Assembly (NCBI GenBank): GCA_028826165.1
Contig: JAPDFW010000094.1
Coordinates: 186,001 to 250,000, forward strand
DNA length: 64,000 bases
From: Anaeramoeba ignava BMAN
Lineage: Eukaryota > Protista > Anaeramoebae
Direction of reading: 5' to 3'
Shown here: one piece after another, positions 53,201 to 64,000 of the stretch
Layout: each line of letters begins with the position of its first letter
Position numbering within the stretch: the first letter of the stretch is position 1
The notes under the pieces: generated by a model
The model's database searches: none
What the model was told of the DNA's origin: nothing
The model's input: the letters and a program-made list of their open reading frames with translations, nothing else
Translations under genes and position numbers: made by a program

Positions 53201-53546
53201 AGATACAAGCAATTTCATAATTAAAGTTTTGGATCAAGAAATTCATGTTCATCGAGAAATTTTAATTGCAAGATGCGGTTTATTTCAAGGAATGTTTTTG
53301 GCAGCTAGAGATGATAAATCAAATTTTGTTAATGATTACAGTGGAAAATCTTTTCAAGCAATTTCGTTGTTTATCAAATTCTTATATTTTGATGTTTTGG
53401 ATGATATCCAAAATTTAGATTTAATTGATGAATTAAATGATGCTCATGATTATTACCAATTAAATTCTAATTCAATTTTTTATTCGGAATTGGAAAAAAT
53501 TAAGGATAAAACAAATTATTATTATTATATTGATTCAAAAAAATAA
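50226..53546 (+). CDS. Ankyrin-repeat / BTB-BTB protein; 11 conventional exons (50226-50315, 50467-50559, 50740-50835, 51044-51136, 51315-51410, 51579-51683, 51874-51969, 52193-52288, 52423-52509, 52631-52768, 52839-53546) plus 13 micro-exons
   Basis: One ankyrin repeat per exon (GITPLHYA, GETPLFIA, GNSVLHYA, MTPLHFL); BTB motifs FCDLTI..LHK and HREILIARCGLFQGMFL; all introns phase 0. Confidence 0.88.
50397..52570 (+). other. Array of micro-exons: 50397-50402 (NC), 50624-26 (I), 50686-88 (A), 50900-02 (N), 50977-79 (I), 51194-96 (G), 51254-56 (R), 51734-36 (K), 51802-04 (S), 52043-45 (W), 52112-14 (K), 52351-53 (E), 52568-70 (Q)
   Basis: Each is AG-codon-GTA; 12 of 13 donors are GTAAA(A/T). 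They are evenly spaced, giving 50-81-nt introns, and restore full ankyrin repeat length. Confidence 0.82.
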
Positions 53547-53599
53547 TAATAATAAAATCTTTTTTTTAAATTTCATTTTTTTCATTTTTTTTTTAATAA

Positions 53600-55079
53600 A
53601 TGCTTTCAACTCCAATAATTTTTCAAGAAATTCAAAGAAAAGTTAAATTTTCTCAATCAAAAGACAAAGAAATTAAACAACAAGGTTTTAATCCTTTTAA
53701 ATTACTTCCAAATGAAAGTAAATTTATGATTTAAAAAAAAAAAAGCAAAAAAAAAACGTTTTTCCGTTTATTTTTAAAAACAAAAAACAAAAAACAAAAA
53801 AAGTTCTTCTTGAAATTTTTTCATATTTATCACCAGGAGAATTAATATTAAGTGGATTTGTAAGTAATAGATTTCAATACATTTCAGATGATTTTATTTT
53901 ATGGAGAGATTTATTAGTTCAACATTCAGAAGAACTTGATTTTTTAAAAGTGACATATGATCAATATGGATATAATTTTATCCAAAAATCAAATTTATCT
54001 CAAAAAATAGAAATGAATAATTCACAACCAGAAGAAACAAAAAAACAAAAATATGAAATTGTTATGAATGAATTTATCCCTAAAATTGGAGAAAATCCCA
54101 AAAAATGTTTTGAAAATCAATTCAAAAAATATTCAAAAGCTCTTAAAGATTATAAAAGAAGAAAAAAGATCAAAGATTTAATTCGAGGTTTTGATAATTT
54201 TTTCAGAAATGATTTCAATTCATTTTTTCAGAAAACAACAATGATTTTTATAATCATAATTTCGATATTTTTTGCTGTTAAATTTGACCATATTTTAAAT
54301 ATTCCGTTTTGGATCTTAATTATTCCTATATTTTTGTGGATTTTTATTGTATTTGCTTGGGCAGTTTTCAATTTATTAACGAATTATAATTCTTTTTATG
54401 AAGTTGTTGGATTTTCTGGAATTATTTTATGTGCTTTGGGAAATTTAAGTTATTTGTTTATGATTGCTTTAAGATTTGATGGATTTAAATCATTTCCTTT
54501 TCATTATTTGCTGATTCCGTTTCTATTTGGTTCAATTAGTTTAATTGTATTTTGGACTATTTTTCTTATTACTTATTTTAAGAGTAAAAATTTTTTCTTT
54601 TTAAAAACAAAAACAACAAAAAAAACGAAAAAATTATTTGCTTTTTTTCATTTATTTATTTAAACAAAATAGATGAAGGTTGGAGAACTTTTTATTTTAG
54701 ATTCTCTTTTTTAGGTTATTTTCTTTTTCTTGCACTTGGATTTTCAATAACTCATGTTCTTCTTGTTTACAAATTTGAATACTTTTATAATTTTAAATGG
54801 TTTACAATTTTTTTACCTATTTTTTTGGTTCAATTAATTCCTTTTATTGAAAAATTCTTATTAACATTTGTATTCAATCGCGCATTTTTTGATAATTGGG
54901 AACTCAACAGATTTAAAACTGAAAATATTTTGAAAATGATCATTAATTCGATTTTTTTTCTTTCTCAATTGATGATATTATTTAGATTTAATCAAATTTT
55001 GAATATTTATTGGTCTTTTATTTTTTTACCTTTTTTTATTTTTGGAATAAGTTCAATTATTTTTTTCTGGAATATTTAA
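53600..55079 (+). CDS. Second F-box + multi-pass membrane protein; exons 53600-53717, 53804-54583, 54673-55079
   Basis: LLPNE|ILLEIFSYL...FVSNRFQYISDDFILW; KFD..PFWILIIP, RFD..FHYLLIP, WFTIFLP, YWSFIFLP membrane units. Confidence 0.75.
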
Positions 55080-55089
55080 AAAGAAATTG

Positions 55090-57010
55090 AATTAAATTAT
55101 AATAAAAAAATTAAATAAATTTTTAAAAAGAAATTGAATTAAATTTTAATAAAAAAATTAATTAAATATTTATTCTATTTTATATTAAATTTTATAATAA
55201 ATTTAAATTATATTTATTAAATAAATTTATTTATAAAATTAATTTAAAATTAATTATTTATTTAAAATTAATTAAAATTGATTAAAATTTTAATAAAAAA
55301 ATTAATTAAATATTTATTCTATTTTATATTAAATTTTATAATAGATTTAAATTATATTTATTAAATAAATTTATTTATAAAATTAATTTAAAAATAATTA
55401 TTTATTTAAAAATTAATTAAAATTGATTTGGATTATAATAAAAAAATTAATTAAATATTTATTCTATTTTATATTAAATTTTATAATAGATTTAAATTAT
55501 ATTTATTTAATAAATTTCTTTATAAAATTAATTTAAAATTAATTATTTATTTAAAATTAAATAAAATTGATTTAAATTATTATAAAAATTAATTAAATAT
55601 TTATTCTATTTTATATTAAATTCTATAATAGATTTAAATTATATTTATTAAATGAATTTATTTATAAAATTAATTTAAAAATAATTATTTATTTAAAATT
55701 GATTAAAATAGATTTAATTTATTATAAAAAAATTAATTAAATATTTATTCTATTTTATATTAAATTTTATAATAGATTTAAATTATATTTATTAAATAAA
55801 TTTATTTATAAAATTAATTTAAAAATAATTATTTATTTAAAATTGAATAAAATTGATTTAAATTATAATAAAAAAATTAATTAAATATTTATTCTATTTT
55901 ATATTAAATTTTATAATAGATTTAAATTATATTTATTAAATAAATTTATTTATAAAATTAATTTAAAAATAATTATTTATTTAAAATTGAATAAAATTGA
56001 TTTAAATTATAATAAAAATTAATTAAATATTTATTCTATTTTATATTAAATTTTATAATAGATTTAAATTATATTTATTTAATAAATTTATTTATAAAAT
56101 TAATTTAAAATTAATTATTTATTTAAAATTGATTAAAATTGAATTAAATTATAATAAAAAAATTAATTAAATATTTATTCTATTTTATATTAAATTTTAT
56201 AATAGATTTAAATTATATTTATTAAATAAATTTATTTATAAAATTAATTTAAAAATAATTATTTATTTAAAATTAAATAAAATTGATTTAAATTATGATA
56301 AAAATTTAATTAAATATTTATTATATTTTATATTAAATTTTATAATAGATTTAAATTATATTTATTAAATAAATTTATTTATAAAATTAATTTAAAAATA
56401 ATTATTTATTTAAAATTGAATAAAATTGATTTAAATTATAATAAAAATTAATTAAATATTTATTCTATTTTATATTAAATTTTATAATAGATTTAAATTA
56501 TATTTATTAAATAAATTTATTTATAAAATTAATTTAAAAATAATTATTTATTTAAAATTGATTAAAATTGATTTAAATTATAATAAAAATTAATTAAATA
56601 TTTATTCTATTTTATATTAAATTTTAGAATAGATTTAAATTATATTTATTTAATAAATTTATTTATAAAATTAATTTAAAATTAATTATTTATTTAAAAT
56701 TGATTAAAATTGATTTAATTTATTATAAAAAAATTAATTAAATATTTATTCTATTTTATATTAAATTTTATAATAGATTTAAATTATATTTATTTAATAA
56801 ATTTATTTATAAAATTAATTTAAAAATAATTATTTATTTAAAATTGATTAAAATTGATTTAAATTATAATAAAAAAATTAATTAAATATTTATTCTATTT
56901 TATATTAAATTTTATAATAGATTTAAATTATATTTATTAAATGAATTTATTTATAAAATTAATTTAAAAATAATTATTTATTTAAAATTAATTAAAATTG
57001 ATTTGGATTT
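55090..57010. repeat. ~143-bp satellite, ~13 copies, intergenic
   Basis: Landmark tattctattttatattaaatt recurs at 55171, 55315, 55460, 55602, 55746, 55890 ... 56891. Confidence 0.93.
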
Positions 57011-57208
57011 AAATAAAAATTGAAAAAAGAAATTAAAAAAAAGAAGAAGATTAGTAATTATTATAAAAAATGATTTGTTCTCAGTTTTATTTTTTTTTTC
57101 ATTTTTTCATTTTTTCATTTTTTTCATTTTCCTTTTCTTTTTTTTCCTTTATTCCAAAACAAAATTTAAAACCACAATTTAAAAAAACAATTTTAAAAAC
57201 AATTAGAA

Positions 57209-58680
57209 ATGGATCCAACAAAAAAAACATTGTAAAAAAAATAATAGAAAAAAAAAGAAAATTGAATTAAAAAATTGAATTAAAAAATTGAATTAAAAAT
57301 TTTTTCAAAAGACAACCTTATGTTACAGGTTCTTCAGTTCTTGCAATTAAATATAATGAAGGAATTATTGTTGCTGCAGATACTCTAGGTATTTATAATC
57401 AATTTAAAATTAAAATAAATTTATAATCTAATAAAAATTTAATTAAAAATTAAAAATTAAAAATTAAAAATTAAAAATTTGATTAAAACTGGAATAAATT
57501 TATTAAAGGTTCATATGGATCTTTGGCGAGATTTACTGATTTACAAAGAATGAGTAAAGTTACAAATCATACTTTGATTGGAGGATCTGGAGATATATCT
57601 GATTTACAACAAATTCAAAAAACAGTTGAATCTTTAATGTAAAAAAATTTTAAATGGAATTTAATTTCAAATTATATATTTAAAAATGAATTTAAATCCA
57701 AATTATTTTAAAATTGAATTTAAATCCGAATTATATATTTAAAATTGAATTTAATTTCAAAATATATATTTAAAATTCAATTTAAATTCAAAATATATAT
57801 TTAAAATGAATTTAAATCCAAATTATAATTTAAAATTCAATTTAAATTCAAAATATATATTTAAAATGGAAATATATTTAGTCTTGAAAATACTGGTTTT
57901 AAAAAAGATGAAGAACCACTTACTCCAAAAGAAATTCAACAATATATTTCAAGAGTTATGTATAATCGAAGAAGTAGATTTGATCCTTTATGGAATCATA
58001 TTATTGTTGCAGGATATCAAAATAATGAAAGGTAAAATTTAAAATTAAAATTAAAATTAAAATTTAAAATTAAAATTAAAATTAAATTTAATATTAAAAT
58101 TAAAATCAAAATTCATTTATAAAATTAAAATTAAAATTAAAATTAAAATTAAAATTAAAATTAAAATTAAAACTAAAATTTAAATTTAAAATTAAAATTT
58201 AAAATTAAAATTAAAATTAAAATTAAAATTAAAATTTAAAATCTAAAGTTTTCTTGGAGCTGTTGATATTTTTGGTACTTTTTATGAAGATAATACAATT
58301 GCTTCAGGATTTGGTGCTTATTTTGCACAACCATTATTAAGAAAAGGATACAAAGAAGATTTAACAAAAGATGAAGCAATTGATTTAATTAAAACTTGTT
58401 TGAAAGTATTATTTTATCGAGATGCAAGAACAATTAATAAAGTAAACAACAATTTATTAAAATATAATTTATTAAAATATAATTTATTAAAATATAGTTT
58501 ATTAAAATATAATTTATTAAAATTTAATTTATTAAAATATAATTTATTAAAATTTAATTTATTAAAATTTAATTATAGTTTCAAATTGCTGAAGTTTCTG
58601 AAGGTGGAATTACAATTTCCGATCCTTTTGAATTAGAAACTCATTGGGAAATTGCAGATTGGCAAGAAGGTCATCTTTAA
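57209..58680 (+). CDS. PSMB4: 20S proteasome subunit beta7 (PSMB4/Pre4); exons 57209-57231, 57312-57388, 57509-57638, 57882-58031, 58249-58441, 58579-58680
   Basis: QPYVTGSSVLAIKY, AADTL|GSYGSLARF, SGDISDLQ, MYNRRSRFDPLWN, LFYRDAR. Confidence 0.95.
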
Positions 58681-58834
58681 ATTTGATTTCATTTCCTTTC
58701 TCTCAAAATTTTTTTTCAATTTCCTTTTTTTTTTTTCATCTGAATTTTTGATTTCTTTCTAAAATTCAAAATTAAAAATTCAATAAAAAAATCAATCAAA
58801 ATAAAATATTTGTTTTTTTGTTGTTTTTTTATTT

Positions 58835-59627
58835 TTATTTTGAAATAATTTGTTTTTGATTTTTTTGATGTTTTAAATTTGTTCCACTTTCTAATTCAAA
58901 TTCCACTTTTTTTTCTTTTTTTTCTTTTTTTTCTTTTTGATTTTCAATTTGATTTTCATTTTCATTTTCATTTTCATTTTCTTTTTCATTTTCATTTTTA
59001 ATTTTAATTTCATTTCCATTTTCTTTTTCAATTTCATTTTCATTTTCATTTTCATTTTCATTTTCATTTTCTTTTTGATTTTCATTTTCATTTTCATTTT
59101 CATTTTGGAATTGATTTTGATTTTGATTTTGATTTTCTTTTTGAATTTTTTGATGTTTTAAATTTGTTCCACTTTCTAATTCAAATTCCACTTTTTTTTC
59201 TTTTTTTTCTTTTTTTTCTTTTTTTTCTTTTTTCAGTTTCTTTTTTGGTTTTTTTTCCTTGTGCTTTTTATTAGAATTTTTATGTTTTTTAGTTTCTTTT
59301 TTTTCAATTAAAGGTCTTAAAATTCTTCTCTAAAAAATAATCAAAATTAAAATCAAAATAAAAATCAAAATAAAAGTCAAAATAAATTATTACTCTGGCA
59401 TTGATAAAGAAATTATTAACTTGTGTTAATGTCAAATTTGCTTTTTCACATAATTTTACTTTTTCTTCTTTTGTTGGATAAGGATTTTCTAATGAATTAT
59501 AAAGCCATTTTAATAAGATTTTTTTACTTTGTAAATTTAATTTTCCTTTTCTTTGAGTTTCTTTTTCAATTTCTTTTTCTATTTCTTTCTTTGATTTTGA
59601 AATTGATTTTGAATTTGATTTTGACAT
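58835..59627 (-). CDS. TALE-class homeodomain protein; exons 59627-59394, 59329-58835
   Basis: LLKWLYNSLENPYPTKEEK...LTLTQVNNFFINAR|RR; tail has VEFELESGTNLKHQK twice around an EN repeat. Confidence 0.88.
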
Positions 59628-59920
59628 TAATGTTTTGAAATTGAAAAGAAAAATTGATAAATCAAAAAAAAGAAAAATTTTTTGGATTTCTTTTATTTGT
59701 AAAAAATTTAAAAAGAAAATTAAATTTTTAAAAAAGAATTTGAAATTGACAACTAAGAAAAAAAAAAATAAAAGAAAAAAATTTATAAAAATGACATTTT
59801 TTAAAAAGAGAAAAATTAATAAGATTAAAAAGTGGGAAAAAAAAATTTTAATCATTTTTAATTTTTCATTTTTTTTTTCATTTTTTTTTTCTTTATTTTC
59901 ATTATTTCATTTTTTTGGAA

Positions 59921-60416
59921 ATGTGTAATAAATTTTCAAAAAAGTGTTTTGAGAATTTTTGTTGTTATATTTTATTATTTACAACAATAGTTGCTCCAGT
60001 AATTTTTATTAAGAATTTTTAAAAAAAAAAAAAAAATTTAAATTAAAAAAATTTTAATAAAAATTTTAATTGAAAAAATAAATAAAAGTTTGGATTTATT
60101 TTATTAGTTTATGGACATGTAAAAGAAAATATAACATTAATGATAATTGGAGGAACAATTTTTGGACTTCCATTTCTATTTTCAATTCAAATGTGTTTTT
60201 GGAAAAAAAAAACAAAGTAAAAAAAAATTATTTTTCTTTTTAGAAAAATTTTAAATTAAATTTTTAAATTAAAAAAATTTTTTATTTAAAAAAAGTGATT
60301 TTTCTTCTGCAAGTGTAAATCAAACTGTAAATGTTGATGATCATCAAACAGAAATTGGAACATCTGAACAAGTAAATATAGATGAGGATAGACCTGCTTT
60401 TGAATTATGGTTTTGA
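59921..60416 (+). CDS. Third member of the small membrane-protein family; exons 59921-59998, 60089-60216, 60296-60416
   Basis: 78-nt first exon ending P|FG and a phase-2 second intron after the TM plus basic patch, as at 31423 and 32640; open frame to TGA. Not in the ORF track. Confidence 0.7.
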
Positions 60417-60522
60417 TATATTTTTTTTTTGAAATTTTTTTTTGAAATTAAAAAAAGAAAATAAAATTTATTTAAAAAAATTATTTTTTCATTTTTTCAT
60501 TTTTTCATTTTTTTTTTTAATA

Positions 60523-63500
60523 ATGTTTTTAAAACCAACAAATTCACCAGATACAGAACATACACTTACAAATAAAGTGTTTGTTTCTCAAGATGATTAT
60601 TATCAAATTATTTCTGATCAAAACAAGTAAAAAAAAATAATAAAAAAAAATAATAAAAATAATAAATAAAAAAAAAATAAAATTAAATTTAATTCAAAAT
60701 ATTTTGTTTAAATTAAAATTTATTTATAATTAAAATTTTAAAATTTCTTTTCTTTTATATTTTATAAATAATTATTGTAGAGAACCTCATCATTATGCTA
60801 TGATTAATGGGCATTTTATTTACAATATTTCACCATCTCCAAAAATATCAAAAGGACAAGTTGCCTTATCAAATATTCAAAGAATGACTTGTTCTATTGG
60901 ATATTCAGACATGGTTGAAGTAATTATTTATTTTTTTATGTTTAAAACTTATTAATTTATTTTTTATTTAATTTAATTTATTTAAAAAAAAAAGTTAAAA
61001 CAATTTTTTATTCCTGAAGAAGATTTTTATATTTCAGATTTAACTTTAGAAATGGGTTTAGCTGTTAAAAATCCTGTTGCAAAAAAAACTAAAATTGATA
61101 GTGGAAAACTTTGTGAAAAAATAATTAGAACTCTTAATAATCAAGTTTGGATTTAATTTATAAAATGAATTTAATTTATAAAATGAATTTAATTTAATTT
61201 AATTTATAAAAATTAAAATGAATTTAATTTATAAAAATGAATTTAATTTAATTTAATTTAATTTAATTTAATTTAATTTAATTTATAAAATGAATTTAAT
61301 TTAATTTAATTTAATTTAATTTAATTTAATTTAATTTAATTTAATTTAATTTATAAAATTATAGGTTTTAACTCTTAAACAAAAATTTATAATTGATTAT
61401 GAAGTTCTTTTCTTAAAATGTCTTGTTAAAGATGTTAAAGTAGTTTCTCTTTCTGAAATGATGGGAGAAAGTTCAGAAATTTCAGAAATATCAGTAAAAG
61501 AAGATAGTAAGAATTAAAATTAAAATTAAAATTAAAATCAATATTAAAATTAAAATTAAAATTAAAATTAAAATTAAAATTAAAATTAATATTAAAATTA
61601 AAATTAAAATTAAAATTAAAATTAAAATTAAAATTAAAATCAATATTAAAATTAAAATTAAAATTGAAATTAAAATTAAAATTAAAATTAAAATTAAAAT
61701 TAAAATTAAAATTAAAATTAAAATTAAAATTAAAATTGAAATTAAAATTAAATTTAAAATTAAAATTAAAATCAAAATTGAAATTAAAATTAAATTTATA
61801 GAAGATAATCCACAATTTAGAGGATTATTAACATCACAAACACAAATATTCTTTGAAAAAACTGGAGAATCAGAAATTACAATTTCAGGTCAATCAAAGT
61901 AAAAGAGAAAATTAAAATTAAAATTAAATTCAAAATTAATTAAAAAATTATTTATAAAAATTTATTAGTCGAACAAGAACATCAATTTTTAGACCAGATT
62001 GGAATTTTGAAAGTATGGGAATTGGAGGTCTTGATAAAGAATTTAGTGATATTTTTAGAAGAGCTTTTGCTTCTCGTGTTTTTCCACCATCAGTTATTAG
62101 AAAATTAGGAGTTTCTCATGTTAGAGGTATTTTATTATGGGGTCCTCCTGGAACTGGTAAAACTTTAATGGCAAGACAAATTGGAAAAATGTTAAATGGA
62201 AAAGAACCAAAGGTTGTTTATCATTTTAGAAAAATGAATTTAATTTAATTTAATTTAATTTATGAAATGAATTTAATTTAATTTAATTTAATTTAATTTA
62301 TAAAATGAATTTAATTTAATTTAATTTAATTTAATTTAATTTAATTTAATTTAATTTAATTATTAAAATGAATTTAATTTAATTTATAAAATGAATTTAA
62401 TTTAATTTAATTCAAAAAATGAATTTAATTTAATTTATAAAATGAATTTAATTTAATTTAATTTAATTTAATTTAATTTAATTTCATTTAATTTATAAAA
62501 TGAATTTAATTTAATTTATATTTTTATATATTAATTTATAAAATGAATTAAAATGGATTTAATTTAATTTGATTTAATTTATAAAATGAATTTAATTTAA
62601 TTTATATTTTTATATATTAATTTATAAAAGGTTGTAAATGGACCAGAAATCTTGAATAAATACGTTGGACAAAGTGAAGAAAACATAAGAAAACTATTCG
62701 AAGATGCAGAAAAAGAACAATTAGAAAGAGGAGATGAATCCGATTTACACATTATAATATTTGATGAAATCGATGCAATATGTCGAAAAAGAGGAACAAG
62801 AAACGATGGAACTGGAGTAGGAGACACAGTAGTAAATCAACTATTAGCCAAAATAGATGGAGTTGATTCACTTAATAACATTTTAGTAATAGGAATGACA
62901 AACAGAAAAGATATGATAGATGAAGCACTATTAAGACCAGGAAGATTAGAAGTGCAAATGGAAATCAACTTGCCAAACGAATACGGAAGAATCCAAATCT
63001 TCCGAATTCACACTTCAAAAATGCAAAAAGAAAAAATGTTGGCAAAAGATGTTAATTTGGAAGAATTGGCAAAATTAACAAAGAATTTCTCAGGAGCAGA
63101 AATTGAAGGACTTGTCAAAAGCGCAACATCTTTTGCATTAAACAGAAGAATTGATCCCGATAATTTATCCAAACCAGTTAGTCTTGAAGGGATCCAAGTA
63201 ACAAGAGATGATTTTTTAACAGCATTAAGAGAAGTAAAACCAGCATTTGGAGTTGAAGAGGATCAATTTGAACCGTGTTTAAGAAATGGAATAATAAATT
63301 ATGGATCTAGATTTGATAAATTATATGAAATTGGAATGTCGTATCTTCAACAAGTATCAGTTTCAGAAAGAACACCTTTAATTTCCGTTCTTGTAAAAGG
63401 AGCCGCAGGAACAGGAAAAACAGCATTTGCTGCAAAATTATCAATGGATTCAAAATTTCCGTTTGTCAAAATGATTTCCGCTGATTCAATGATTGGAATG

Positions 63501-63992
63501 TCGGAAATCGGAAAATGTAATCAAATTGGAAAGGTTTTTGATGATGCTTATCGTTCTCCTTTTAGTATTATTGTGATTGATGATATTGAAAGAATTTTTG
63601 ATTTTGTTCCTATTGGTCCAAGATTTTCTAACTCAGTTTTACAAACATTACTAGTAATGCTTAAGAAAATCCCGCCTGTAAATCGAAAACTACTTGTTTT
63701 TGCGACTACTTCTTCTCCTGATGTTCTTCAGGAAGTCGGTTTTGAATCTGTTTTTAGTGCTCATATTACTGTTCCTCAATTGGTTGGTTTTAATGAAATT
63801 TCTTCTGTTCTTTTGAAACTTAATGTTTTTAATGATAAAGAATTAAAAGATAATTTTTCTCGTTTGGATGATAAAACTATTGGTATTAAACAGTTGATTA
63901 TGGTTATTGAAATGTATCAACAAATTAAAAAGAAAAAAGGTTCAAATTTTGATTCTTTTTTACAATGTTGGGAAGATTTTATTCTTAAATAA
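60523..63992 (+). CDS. NSF: Vesicle-fusing ATPase NSF/Sec18; exons 60523-60626, 60781-60919, 60995-61144, 61365-61506, 61802-61898, 61969-62212, 62631-63992
   Basis: [52 protein letters not shown]. Confidence 0.97.
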
Positions 63993-64000
63993 TTTTAAAC

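Noticed and set aside
1-64000. Minor (U12/AT-AC) introns, alternative genetic code, inteins, transposases, tRNA/rRNA genes
   Set aside because: All modelled introns are GT-AG without the RTATCCTT donor, genes translate and terminate with the standard code, and no such elements were recognisable by eye (no covariance search was run).

Overview
Very AT-rich, gene-dense eukaryotic (protist) nuclear DNA with about 24 protein-coding genes, mostly split by GT-AG introns. The BTB-protein expansion, repeat-filled introns and Inr-like TCATTT motifs suggest a metamonad such as Anaeramoeba (inference only). Genes reconstructed by hand: two WW-MyTH4-RhoGAP (ARHGAP39-like) paralogs, a PDI-like protein, pyrroline-5-carboxylate reductase, a histidine phosphatase, an ADP-ribosylglycohydrolase, CCZ1, Sec61beta, two tandem RCC1-BTB genes, three small membrane-protein paralogs, two F-box/multi-pass membrane proteins, Kelch-BTB, a GSK3-like kinase, eIF2A, RNASEK, a PIN-like transporter, ankyrin-BTB, proteasome beta7, a TALE homeobox and NSF. 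Main observation: the ankyrin-BTB gene (50226-53546) appears to be built from 24 exons, all phase 0. Twelve are single-codon 3-nt micro-exons and one is 6 nt. They mostly come in pairs and supply exactly the two variable beta-hairpin residues of each ankyrin repeat. Other features: long introns each filled with their own tandem repeat depleted of sense-strand AG/GT, tandem TTTTTCA motifs before most start codons, and a ~143-bp satellite. Several low-complexity stretches look like consensus or assembly errors. All splice models are predictions from sequence alone.
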